DNA of 64,000 nt from contig OY969706.1 of assembly GCA_963702095.1 (NCBI GenBank), positions 2,009,840 through 2,073,839 on the forward strand, in the 5' to 3' direction. This document shows positions 26,572-35,728 of this stretch, piece after piece; the stretch's first letter is position 1; each line of letters begins with the position of its first letter. This stretch comes from Candidatus Bathyarchaeota archaeon (GTDB lineage Archaea; Thermoproteota; Bathyarchaeia; Bathyarchaeales; Bathycorpusculaceae). The notes beneath the pieces are model-generated. The model was not told the origin of the DNA and did not search any database. It saw nothing but the letters and a program-made list of their open reading frames with translations. The translations under genes were made by a program, and so were the position numbers.

Positions 26572-29463
26572 TTAGGAGGCTGTTTGCTGATTCAACAGTT
26601 GTTTTTCAAGGGCTATTATGCGGTCACGGAGTTTCTTCACTTCAATGAGCATTGGGATTGCGAGTTTTTCGTATTTGACACCCTCAACTTCTCCAAAGTT
26701 GTTTCTCCATGTAAGAAGAGTACTGACGGTATCAACGTCTTCGGCGATTAATCCTATTTCTTGTTGTGTGCCTCTTAGTGCCTGCTGGTCAGCTGTCCAG
26801 TAGAAAGTCACTGGATTTAGGTCGTATATCCAAGAGCAATCTTCAATGGGTACAATGTTATCTTTGTATTTTTTGGCTGAGCCGCTGTTGTACAGGGTCC
26901 CGTTTACATTGGAATAAACAGTGCCGCCACTGCTTAGTGATTGAGGAACAGAGATATAACCATCCCACCAAACTTGGAATAAATTAGTTCCCGATGAGTA
27001 CCTGTCGATATGCCAGTATTTGCCGGTTGAGCCACCTTCAAAGTAGAAGTTGCCCCATTGGTTCTCTATTATTAGGCCGCCACTGGGTGTTCCGTTATTG
27101 CTATTGGCGTTGTACGATTTGAAAAATGCCCCAGATGTTGTGGATGGCGTAAGAAAACCATTGTAACCGCCTGTTACTATACCTTTCGAGCTATCTAAGG
27201 GAACTAGGTAATTAGTGTACAATGAACCTATGTTTAAGGCGCCATAGTAATATGTGGAGCTGTTGTAGACGAAAGAGCCGCAGCCTGAATCATAGCTTGC
27301 CCCGAGCCGAAGTGTGTAGTTGTTTGTCCAAATCAAGTAAGCGTAGTTTCCACTGCTTGGATTGAAGTTTATTTGTCCTGCCATGTTGAGTATGCCATTT
27401 ATGTTGAGGTCGTCGCTTGTGGTTATTTTGTTTGTTCCGCCGCTGCCAACAGTTAAGTATGCTGAGTTGTTACCGTTGAAGATTACATGGTCGCAATATA
27501 CATCATCGCCAGCATAGACGCTATATGTTACGTGATGGCTTCCGTCAGTCGTCGCATCGCAATCAATGAAGCACATAGCTGCTGCTGAACGATAAATTGG
27601 GACATCTCCGCCGATCAGTAAACCGCCAGATGAACCCTGGGTTGGCAATGATAACTTGCCTGTTATTGTTGTAGCTCCAAAAGTTTGCGGTAAAGTCCCA
27701 GCAGTATTAGTGGCATAAACCTGTGACCCTGACGGACTTGACACTATAGGAGCAAAATAGCCGTTTGTGCCATACGCATTGTTTTCATCAACTCTCAACG
27801 TTATATCCGCATACGCTTGCTGATAGATATATAGGTAATAGTTGTTGCTCCCATCATTGTAAATCGCAAAATATGACCTGTTTGAACTATTGTCGCTTAG
27901 AGCACCATAGTTGATGTGAACAGGAGCCGTGGCTCCACTTCTTGTTCCCGCTATTAGACGCGTGCCGGATGATGTGTTAACTCCAAAGTTTCGACCATCA
28001 GTCATAGTTACGTCAACATAGCCAATTTCGCCGCTGCCAGTAGAGCCTACTATGTTATTGATTTTTCCTATACACAACCATCGTGCAGAAGCCGTGTAAT
28101 TAATACTTATTACTTGAAAACCATTTGCGACCTTTAACCCAGCAAACGTTGGTATACTTGTTGTTAACAGTGGATTGCTTCCAGCGATGGTTGCTGAGAT
28201 GTCTACTCCGTCTACTGTATAGCCGCTACCCATCGCAACATTGACGTTGAATGTAGTCGAGCCCGTCACTATGCCACCGTTCCAAGTTACATTAGACCAT
28301 GTTGGCGTATTGCCGGTACCTTGCGAAGTTAAGACTTGTCCTGTTTGTCCCACGTTGCCATTAAGGTTTATTTGTGCAGTTACACCATTTAGAACCAGAT
28401 TGTATGTTCTGACGTTGGTGCCGTAGATGTCATACCACCTGTTTGTTGAAGAACCAAGCGTGAAGGTTTTAGCGGGGTTCTGGGGAATAATGCCACCTGT
28501 GGAGGCGGAAGTATCAAAGCCCAAAATCAACCCTGAACCATCAATAGCCATAGTTATGTAGCCGCTGCCGACCACACCCATCTGCAGATTCCTAGTGCAG
28601 ACGCTGTTCCACATCTTCTCCATATTGCCGACAAACGATTGATTATCATTAACGGGGGCCACTGAGCAACCGTTTTGGAAAGACGCATTCCCCATCACAG
28701 TATCGCCCTCAACGGTCAAGTTGCCATGCGCAGTCAAGTTACCCAAATCCAAATGAGCAGGATCCTCGCTCGCGAATTTTTTCAGAAAAAGGGTATCGAA
28801 ATTCCCTGCATAGTTAGAGGTTGGTCCCTTGTCATACCAATGAGGTGCTGATCCTTCCTCATGATACTCGTATAAGTGATTATCGTTTGTATTGATGTAA
28901 AGTTGCAATTGCTGATGTGTTGGCGGTTCACCTGACAATTGGTCAATGTGGTCTAGGATTCCCATACCAGAGTGACCCAATACAATCTTTGGGGGATCAC
29001 ACTGCCAATTTAAGCCGCTCCCAAGCGTTAATACACCTTGATTGCTGCATATAAAGCCGCCCGCAGAGAAGTCCTTCTGCACAACTAATCCTGTGTTAGT
29101 GGCTAAAAGTGGTTCATATTCAGGAGGGTCATCGAATTGACTAATTATTCCAAAAAGGGATGCTGTTTTTATATATTGGGTACTGGTGTCTTTGAATGTG
29201 ATTTTACTTTTATTAGCAGCATTTTCTGGGAGTCCTGCAGGTGACCATATGCCATTTGACCATCCCCAGATATCTCCCACAATTGTTGCTTTATTAATTA
29301 CAGAAAAGTTATAAGGAAGAATCAGAGAATCACCTATCTGAAGGGCTAAATTGTCATAATCATCAAAGATTGTCTGTAGATCAATTTGATCAGCGTCAGC
29401 ATTCTCTTTAATAGTGAGTATGGGTTTGCAAGTTAAGTGAAGAAAATTTCCATCATCTACCAT
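26572..29463 (-). CDS. Virus-like tail fibre/spike protein with C-terminal S74-type intramolecular chaperone (auto-processing) domain
   Basis: 963 aa with no signal peptide and long Gly/Asn/Thr/Ser-rich beta-rich repeats. The C-terminus 'SAKKYKDNIVPIEDCSWIYDLNPVTFYWT...EIGLIAEDVDTV...GVKYEKLAIPMLIEVKKLRDRIIALEKQL' follows the S74/endosialidase-chaperone pattern (S.x.xK.NI.PI...L.PV.F.W...G.IA..V....V.Y..L...LIE..K.L...I..LE). GGAGGTGA lies 6 nt upstream of the ATG. Confidence 0.8.
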   Translation of the reverse strand: MVDDGNFLHLTCKPILTIKENADADQIDLQTIFDDYDNLALQIGDSLILPYNFSVINKATIVGDIWGWSNGIWSPAGLPENAANKSKITFKDTSTQYIKTASLFGIISQFDDPPEYEPLLATNTGLVVQKDFSAGGFICSNQGVLTLGSGLNWQCDPPKIVLGHSGMGILDHIDQLSGEPPTHQQLQLYINTNDNHLYEYHEEGSAPHWYDKGPTSNYAGNFDTLFLKKFASEDPAHLDLGNLTAHGNLTVEGDTVMGNASFQNGCSVAPVNDNQSFVGNMEKMWNSVCTRNLQMGVVGSGYITMAIDGSGLILGFDTSASTGGIIPQNPAKTFTLGSSTNRWYDIYGTNVRTYNLVLNGVTAQINLNGNVGQTGQVLTSQGTGNTPTWSNVTWNGGIVTGSTTFNVNVAMGSGYTVDGVDISATIAGSNPLLTTSIPTFAGLKVANGFQVISINYTASARWLCIGKINNIVGSTGSGEIGYVDVTMTDGRNFGVNTSSGTRLIAGTRSGATAPVHINYGALSDNSSNRSYFAIYNDGSNNYYLYIYQQAYADITLRVDENNAYGTNGYFAPIVSSPSGSQVYATNTAGTLPQTFGATTITGKLSLPTQGSSGGLLIGGDVPIYRSAAAMCFIDCDATTDGSHHVTYSVYAGDDVYCDHVIFNGNNSAYLTVGSGGTNKITTSDDLNINGILNMAGQINFNPSSGNYAYLIWTNNYTLRLGASYDSGCGSFVYNSSTYYYGALNIGSLYTNYLVPLDSSKGIVTGGYNGFLTPSTTSGAFFKSYNANSNNGTPSGGLIIENQWGNFYFEGGSTGKYWHIDRYSSGTNLFQVWWDGYISVPQSLSSGGTVYSNVNGTLYNSGSAKKYKDNIVPIEDCSWIYDLNPVTFYWTADQQALRGTQQEIGLIAEDVDTVSTLLTWRNNFGEVEGVKYEKLAIPMLIEVKKLRDRIIALEKQLLNQQTAS

Positions 29464-29642
29464 ATGCTCACCTCCAAAGCGTTAAAGCACTCTGAAGTTA
29501 CCATATTAGATCTGATTTGAAACTTATTTTCTAACATTTTTTTTACCTCTAATAGTGCTAACAACAATAAAATGAATAAGCCGAATTGTACCACCCATTG
29601 GACATTGTGTTGGGCAGTCTGATGACCGCTCTGTTGGGTCAA
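29457..29642 (-). CDS. Possible small single-TM protein upstream of and overlapping the tail-fibre gene start
   Basis: 61-aa ORF (TTG start) with one hydrophobic helix 'VVQFGLFILLLLALL'. There is no other support. Confidence 0.25.
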   Translation of the reverse strand: MTQQSGHQTAQHNVQWVVQFGLFILLLLALLEVKKMLENKFQIRSNMVTSECFNALEVSIW

Positions 29643-29747
29643 TGAGAAAAATTAGAGATAAAGAGAACAATGCGCTAATAATCAGAATTAGTTATATGAG
29701 TAAAGCATATGAATAACAAGCGATGAATAGACTTAGGTCACTGATAT

Positions 29748-31076
29748 ATGAAGAAACCGCTCTTGTGCTTGTTTTTACTCATGGTGCTTGCATGTATCGC
29801 GTTAGTTAGTAGCTTCCACTCATCCATGGGACAAGTAACGAAGGAAGTTAAAGGCATATTAGATTCAAACACTGCATGGACAAAGGGAAACAGCCCCTAC
29901 ATGCTTACAGGACCTATATTAGTGAATAGCGGTGTTACTTTAACAATTGAACCTGGCGTTACAGTAAATCTTGGCAGTTATTACATACAAGTAAACGGAA
30001 CATTAAACGCTATAGGTACTACCAAAGATAACATACATTTCAACGGAGGCGGCGGCACCTTGCCAGGTGCTATCGCCTTCACCAGTTACAGTCCAAATGG
30101 GTGTAGCACCATAGAGAATGCTGTCATAAATGCGTCTAACTCAATAGCCATAGGCATCGGTGATACTTCCCCTAAAATAAACAACAACACTATTTATGGG
30201 ATTATTTGGGCAGCAGCCTCTACACCGACCGGGGAACCATTAAAGTCATCAACCCCAATTATCACCAATAACAATCTCATAGCAAAAAACGGTGAGGGAA
30301 GTGTATTAGAAATGAGTACTTCACCTATAATCGCCAATAATACAATTAAAGGAGACATAAGAGCAGATTCAGAGGATGTGATAATTTCCGGCAATTATAT
30401 CGAAGGCTCAGTAGTATCGAACGGACAAATAATCAGCAACTTTTTGTCTGGCTGTGGTGGCGGAAATGGCATACAGGCAGGCTTTGGGGGCATCATAGAT
30501 CACAATCTAATCACAAACTACGACAATGCGATTGAACTCGGAAGAGGTGCTTCTCCAATAATTAGAAACAACACTATTATCAACAATGTTAACGCTGTCT
30601 CGGTTTCTGGGTACATCAAAAGTTCATACAACCCCCAAATTTACTGGAATAATATCTACAACAATTCAGGTTACAGCATTAACCTGTATATGAGTGAAAC
30701 CTACCCAACTAGTAACATTAATGCAACATGCAATTGGTGGGGAACAACCAATACTCAAGCAATAAATGAGGCTATTCATGATAACGCGGACGATTATAAC
30801 TTGGGCACGGTTAATTTTGTTCCCATCTTAACTGAACTTAATCCCCAAGCTATGCCTAACATAACTGTATTAACGCCACTGCCTTCATCATATCCTACCC
30901 CCAACGCATCAGGCGCGACTTCTCAGAACCCAGTAACCCCAAACCAACCCATTTCTGGAGAGTCTATCCTGTTCGGTTTAGACTGGGTGGAAGTCGCCAT
31001 AGCGGTTTTACTTGCGGTGATTGCTGTTTTGTTGGTTGTTGTGGTTGTGTTTTTGCGTAGGAGAAGCGTTGGGTAG
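29748..31076 (+). CDS. Secreted right-handed parallel beta-helix (NosD/PbH1-like) repeat protein with C-terminal TM anchor
   Basis: 442 aa with a signal peptide. Repeated 'I.NN.I...' beta-helix rungs ('PKINNNTIYG', 'PIITNNNLIA', 'PIIANNTIKG', 'PIIRNNTIIN'). A Pro/Thr linker is followed by 'VAIAVLLAVIAVLLVVVVVFLRRR'. Confidence 0.8.
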   Translation: MKKPLLCLFLLMVLACIALVSSFHSSMGQVTKEVKGILDSNTAWTKGNSPYMLTGPILVNSGVTLTIEPGVTVNLGSYYIQVNGTLNAIGTTKDNIHFNGGGGTLPGAIAFTSYSPNGCSTIENAVINASNSIAIGIGDTSPKINNNTIYGIIWAAASTPTGEPLKSSTPIITNNNLIAKNGEGSVLEMSTSPIIANNTIKGDIRADSEDVIISGNYIEGSVVSNGQIISNFLSGCGGGNGIQAGFGGIIDHNLITNYDNAIELGRGASPIIRNNTIINNVNAVSVSGYIKSSYNPQIYWNNIYNNSGYSINLYMSETYPTSNINATCNWWGTTNTQAINEAIHDNADDYNLGTVNFVPILTELNPQAMPNITVLTPLPSSYPTPNASGATSQNPVTPNQPISGESILFGLDWVEVAIAVLLAVIAVLLVVVVVFLRRRSVG

Positions 31077-31220
31077 CGCTGTTTTGTTCTGATTTTTTTG
31101 TTTGCATTGTGTCGATTATGCTATTTAAATCAGAAAAAGCAGTCTATACATGCTTTCACACCCACATGGCGGCTGCCTCTGCATGGAACCATGTACCGCG
31201 TGTAGAGCGAAACGCATTTG

Positions 31221-31327
31221 CCACACCGAAACAGACAAAGAAGCAAGCTGCAATCCAAAAAAGCAACCGTCCCCTCAACCATTCTTGTGGCGCCCCGCAA
31301 AACGCCACACCCACATAAAGAGAGAAA
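31221..31327 (+). repeat. Copy 1 of a roughly 107-nt inverted repeat (partner at 40461-40567, opposite strand)
   Basis: CCACACCGAAACAG (14 nt) and AAAACGCCACACCCACATAAAGAGAGAAA (29 nt) are identical to the reverse complement of the partner. The distance between the two blocks is the same in both copies. Overall identity is roughly three quarters by hand alignment. Confidence 0.7.
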
Positions 31328-31476
31328 AGCAGTTTATCCCTTGTTTTATGGAAGGAAGTCGGTGGGAGCATTAGACGCTGCCCACTGGTCCACCAGCAAC
31401 AAAATAGTGTAGCAGTTATCTATGCACAAATCTTTATGGGGTCAATCTGTAAACATCCATCAGAGGTTAACCGTAA

Positions 31477-32073
31477 ATGCAGAATATAGTTGAGGCGCCT
31501 GCTGAAGTCAACGTGTATGAAAAGTTTAGGAACCCCATTCAAGAAATCATAAACTTTACTCGGACAATCGATGAAGGATACCGCGAAAAATGCTTCGAAG
31601 TTTTACTAAACCACTACTTATCTGGCGGCTTAGAAGTGAAAACCTGCGGCGTCGTTGAATCACCCCTAAAGAACATGTTTGAAATGGCAAATTTTTCGGG
31701 TGAAACCAAAGTTTTCCTTGAACAGAACAACATATCTGAACAAGTACTCACCAAACTGTTCACTAAAATAAAAGGCGACATTTGCCCCATCTACAAAATC
31801 ACTGAAAACCGAAGGGCAAAAGCCCAAATCCAAATAGCTCTCCTAACAGCCCTTGAGAATGCACTCAGAGGAGCTAATGGAACTTTCGAGTTTTCAGTCA
31901 ACACTGTTAGGCAGAGATGTATGGAAATAAAAATGTATGATGGAAGAGACTACTACATCAATTTCATGGATGCTGCAGGCTTGTTTGGCAATCTCAACTA
32001 CGAAGTAATTAAGCTCAGTGGGACAGGCAAGACAGAATTAGCAAGCATAGTCGCGGCCCTTACCAAGCAATAG
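31477..32073 (+). CDS. Hypothetical protein (no family recognised)
   Basis: 198-aa ORF with an ATG start and protein-like composition. Confidence 0.5.
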   Translation: MQNIVEAPAEVNVYEKFRNPIQEIINFTRTIDEGYREKCFEVLLNHYLSGGLEVKTCGVVESPLKNMFEMANFSGETKVFLEQNNISEQVLTKLFTKIKGDICPIYKITENRRAKAQIQIALLTALENALRGANGTFEFSVNTVRQRCMEIKMYDGRDYYINFMDAAGLFGNLNYEVIKLSGTGKTELASIVAALTKQ

Positions 32074-32182
32074 TATGTCCGTTTCAACCGGATACTAAAC
32101 AAGCATCCGACACCTCCATGGCTTCCTGGCTTGCACTTATAAGCTGCGCACCTAAATCATAAAGACAGGGGGCACCCATAAC

Positions 32183-32809
32183 ATGGCAACACCAATTGAC
32201 TTCCTAATAATCTTTGCAACATCCTTTGCCCTAAACCTCATTCCGTTTGCGGGCCCCTCAAACCTTCTAATTGCATCCACAGCAGCGATTGGTCTAGCCG
32301 GCGCCGACGCAGGCACCCTTGCACTTGCCGCAGTAACCGTTGCCCTTGCATCCGCCCTCGCAAAAGGCATCCACTACATGGTCACATTCTTTGTCAGTGG
32401 ACACCTCAGCCAAAAACGTCAGCAGCGGCTGCATCAAGACGCAGACAAAATCAGGCGATGGGCTTTTCCACTGCTTTTTGCGGTGGCTGCCACGCCTTTG
32501 CCTGATGAACCGGTGGTTATTCCATTGGGGTTGATGAAGTATAGTCCGGCGAAGTTTTTCGGCGCTTACTTTTTGGGTAAATTAACGATTGCTATGGTTG
32601 GGGTATTCATTGGTAAAGAAGCCAGTAACATGTTTGCACCGTGGCTGACGCCTGACCAGATCTTCATACTATCCATCGTTGTATCAATCATCCTAACAGT
32701 AGCCATCACCTATGTCCTCTTAAAAGTGGACTTAAACAAGTTAGCCGAAAAGTACATGCACCGCAAACCTGCAGGGACACAAGAAAAGCCATATAAACCC
32801 AGCCAATAA
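32183..32809 (+). CDS. YqaA/DedA-like (VTT/SNARE-associated domain) membrane protein
   Basis: 208 aa. 'LNLIPFAGPSNLLIAS' and 'LFAVAATPLPDEPVVIPLGLMKYSPAKFF' resemble YqaA-type DedA family motifs. Confidence 0.6.
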   Translation: MATPIDFLIIFATSFALNLIPFAGPSNLLIASTAAIGLAGADAGTLALAAVTVALASALAKGIHYMVTFFVSGHLSQKRQQRLHQDADKIRRWAFPLLFAVAATPLPDEPVVIPLGLMKYSPAKFFGAYFLGKLTIAMVGVFIGKEASNMFAPWLTPDQIFILSIVVSIILTVAITYVLLKVDLNKLAEKYMHRKPAGTQEKPYKPSQ

Positions 32810-32814
32810 CCCAT

Positions 32815-33330
32815 TTGAGACGATACAGTATGCCAACCAAACAGCGTCGATACCCCTTAAAAATGAAAGAAGCAAAACAGGTCCTTGAAGAAGCATCTAC
32901 CAAACTCAACATAAATGTGGAGGAGCTCTTCGGCGCCAAAGCCAACGTTGAAGTGGTTGAATCCGACGTAGGCTTGATTTACCTCATCGGGGGCAAACCA
33001 GTCCTTTTCAAAGCTGAGGATAAAGTGTTGCCGACACTGCTTTTTACTGAATTCACAACTCAGTCCCCTAAAATAGTTGTGGATATGGGGGCGGTTCCCT
33101 ATGTTTGCAAAGGCGCAACGGTGATGGCTCCAGGTATTGTGCGGGTCGAAGGCGACTTCGGCGTGGGCGATTTAGTGTTGGTGGCTGATGTTAAGTTTGG
33201 GAAAGCGTTGGCAGTGGGGGAAAGCCTCATAGATGCTGCAACCGCGAGAGTTACCAAGAAGGGACCGGTAGTCAAAAACCTGCATTATGTGGGCGATAAA
33301 ATCTGGGATTACATAAAAAACATTGACTGA
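32815..33330 (+). CDS. PUA-domain RNA-binding protein (archaeal Tma20/MCT-1-like pre-PUA plus PUA); start uncertain
   Basis: 171-aa ORF. 'DMGAVPYVCKGATVMAPGIVRVEGDFGVGDLVLVADVKFGKALAVGESL' is a typical PUA core. Confidence 0.8.
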   Translation: MRRYSMPTKQRRYPLKMKEAKQVLEEASTKLNINVEELFGAKANVEVVESDVGLIYLIGGKPVLFKAEDKVLPTLLFTEFTTQSPKIVVDMGAVPYVCKGATVMAPGIVRVEGDFGVGDLVLVADVKFGKALAVGESLIDAATARVTKKGPVVKNLHYVGDKIWDYIKNID

Positions 33331-33353
33331 ATAAAAAAAGGATGCTTTGGCTC

Positions 33354-33602
33354 CTACATTGGGCTTGCCATTGTTTCATGTGTAGGTGCATTTCGTGCTT
33401 TAAAGTTGTCCGAAGATTGCCTTACACGGGTTAATAGCAAGTCAATTTCACGCATAGCCTCATCACGTCCCATCGTGTTGGTCCAGCCGTCCATTTTGCG
33501 GTCTTCGACTCTCTCAGCGATGTCGTCTGCAATACATTCTTCAAAGCCAGCGTGTTGGAGCTCATGCTTCAACTCACCCTTGTTAAAACTATCTTTAACC
33601 AA
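33354..33602 (-). CDS. Hypothetical small protein
   Basis: 82-aa ORF (TTG start), acidic and helical. It has only a weak ATP-cone-like flavour, so no call is made. Confidence 0.35.
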   Translation of the reverse strand: MVKDSFNKGELKHELQHAGFEECIADDIAERVEDRKMDGWTNTMGRDEAMREIDLLLTRVRQSSDNFKARNAPTHETMASPM

Positions 33603-33720
33603 ATAAGTTCACCTCCAAAAGAATCCTCAAATCCAGACAATACTGGAACGGTGTATAGCATTAAAACATAAGTGACTGTGCCAAACCAACAACAGGGCAG
33701 GGCAAACAAAAGATGCTTCG

Positions 33721-34185
33721 CTAAAAAGTTGGGAAGAAGGGGGATGGATAAGCAATTCCGAAGAGGAAACCGAACAAAAGACTAATCACAATAAACACAA
33801 CCCAAGCAAGAATCGCTATAGCTATCGCCCGCAGCCAGCCAGTACCGAAACTAACCTTATACACCCCAATCCACGCTAAAAGCGCCAAAAGATAGGCAAA
33901 GATATAGGCGGTTGCGCCGACCACTGATCCAAGTGCAAAGCTAACCAGCCAAGTCACCAGGAAAAAAACGATGGGACCCGCAAGCGTAGCGAGGAGAGCT
34001 CCGCCAAAGCTGGCGTGTCCACCCGTCAACGCCTTTGCAGCTAACCAAACAGGAATAGAAACAATAATCCAGAGAACAACCAGTCCAATAATTGTAAAAA
34101 GAATGCTTTCTAAGCTTAGAGCCGCGAAAATCAAGCAAATATTCCTCAATAGAGATTGTGGGTGCTGCCTTTTAAGGGTTACCAA
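33721..34185 (-). CDS. Hypothetical polytopic membrane protein
   Basis: 154-aa ORF with 4-5 hydrophobic helices. Confidence 0.55.
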   Translation of the reverse strand: MVTLKRQHPQSLLRNICLIFAALSLESILFTIIGLVVLWIIVSIPVWLAAKALTGGHASFGGALLATLAGPIVFFLVTWLVSFALGSVVGATAYIFAYLLALLAWIGVYKVSFGTGWLRAIAIAILAWVVFIVISLLFGFLFGIAYPSPFFPTF

Positions 34186-34513
34186 TACACCGTTAACACC
34201 AAAACTTACCTATTAAAAGAGCACAACTCAGGAAAACTCTTTTGCAAGCTCATCAAGTTCCCTTCGGCATTTATCGCATACTCCATCGTTAAAAAAAAAG
34301 TCCTCCTCAACTATTTCGGCGCCACATTACCACACTTTATCACTCTTCACCCCTCTCTATGCGTTGAAGTAAAAACCGCTTATTCCGGATTGCAACAGGC
34401 AAGTCTCCACCTAAATAATAACTTGGCTGGAAATTTAAGACTTTTCAAAGATACCCACACGCTAACGGCTCGCCCAAAGCGTATAATACTCTTTAGCGGT
34501 ATCTTCTCTACAC

Positions 34514-35283
34514 GTGAATGCAGTACAATCCCCATTGGTTGTCTTGGAACCAAAAGAATTCAGCAAAATCGCTGTACTGGGGACCTGCATGGCGATTACA
34601 AATCACTCAGCACCCTGCTTGAACAGGTGAATTTAGAAGGGGACTTGCTGGTTTTTTTGGGCGACTACGCCGACCGCGGCTCAAAAGGCGTAGAAGTTAT
34701 CCGAAAAGTAGCCCAGCTTCGGCGTGAGCACCCAAAAAACGTGTTGGCATTAAGGGGCAACCACGAAGATTACTCAGCCACTGGGGAGCCAAAGTTCCAA
34801 CCCTGCAGCCTAGTCGGGGAAGCAGAAGCCAAAACTGGAAGTTGGATTGTCTATTTTGAGGACGAGCTTAAACCCTTCATCGACAGCCTGCCCCTATGCG
34901 CCCTAATCCCAAACAACGCACTACTCGTCCACGGAGGCGTCTCAAGCAAAATCCGCGGCATCGACGATTTGCGTGAGCCCTCGGATGAGCTGCGGACAGA
35001 TTTGCTCTGGTCAGACCCCATGGATGGCGAGGGGGAGGAGCCGAATTGGATGCGGGGCGTCGGCGTGTTGTGGGGCAGTGATGTCTCCGAGATGGTTTGC
35101 CGCGCGTTGGGTGTGAAGCGGATTATTCGAAGCCACCAACCGCAGTTGGCAGCATCCAAACCCCACTTAGCACATGGTGGCAGGGTGATAACGGTGAATG
35201 CGACCTCAGTATATGGGGGAACGCCGTTTGTTTACTTTCTTGACCCAGCTACTCCACAGAAGAACAGTTTCTGCAACAGCTAG
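34514..35283 (+). pseudogene. PPP-family (PP1/PP2A/ApaH-like) Ser/Thr phosphatase with an apparent 1-nt frameshift at a GGGG run
   Basis: The downstream frame has 'GDLHGD', 'GDYADRG', 'RGNHED' and 'VHGG'. The natural N-terminus '(V)NAVQSPLVVLEPKEFSKIAVLG' is in the +1 frame starting at GTG 34514 and meets the catalytic frame at GGGG 34579-34582. One extra G would give ...IAVLGDLHGD. The track's 125-aa N-terminal extension from 34156 looks non-protein-like. Confidence 0.75.
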
Positions 35284-35385
35284 TAAGCGAGTTTGGTTAC
35301 TGTTTTGATGTAGCCACATACTCTTATTGGGTAATTCTGTTTCTTTGCTTTTTGAGGTAAATTATGTTTGTCTCAGGATGAACGC

Positions 35386-35526
35386 ATGAGTATGCTTCCG
35401 CCTAAAAGGACTGCTGATGGCAAATACGTCTGCACAGTGGACAACACAGTTTTCGACAACGAAGACGATTATGATCGGCATTGTATGGCGGCGCATACGG
35501 TGGCGGGCGGAGGAAAAACCTGGTAG
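35386..35526 (+). CDS. Possible 46-aa C2H2-like small protein
   Basis: Own translation: MSMLPPKRTADGKYVCTVDNTVFDNEDDYDRHCMAAHTVAGGGKTW. It ends just after an AAAAA run (35514-35518). The overlapping frame continues into a TM helix (see findings). Confidence 0.3.
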   Translation: MSMLPPKRTADGKYVCTVDNTVFDNEDDYDRHCMAAHTVAGGGKTW

Positions 35527-35728
35527 CAAATAGTCTCGCCGCAGCAGTAGCCCTTGTAGCTGTCACCGCCGTCCTAACAATACTGCTCCTGACTCCTTCA
35601 ACCAGCAAATTGAAAAAAAGCCCTCTTGAAGGGTTAAATGGCGTGATAGCGATTGGTAAAACTTATAACCCTTTTTAAAAATCACATACAAGTAAGTATA
35701 GAGGTTTTTTGGCGGAGGTGAATACAAT

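Noticed and set aside
31109-31412. Four mutually overlapping 64-74-aa ORFs on both strands, with an analogous set at 40408-40883
   Set aside because: All frames are open because one strand is T-poor, so there are no stop codons. The similarity between the two loci holds in every frame at once and is not 3-periodic. This argues for a nucleotide-level repeat rather than a coding one. I noted small CGKC-containing peptides (for example ...LFRCGKC...), but the start codons are not conserved.
33354-33602. ATP-cone assignment for the 82-aa ORF
   Set aside because: Only a vague helical similarity is present (…AGFEECIADDIAERVE…), and the N-terminal beta-hairpin of the ATP-cone is missing. I left it as hypothetical.
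34156-34513. N-terminal 119 aa of the track ORF 34156-35283
   Set aside because: The translation is low-quality and non-protein-like, and it overlaps the convergent membrane-protein gene. The PPP phosphatase N-terminus is recovered in the +1 frame from GTG 34514, which points to a frameshift rather than a long extension.
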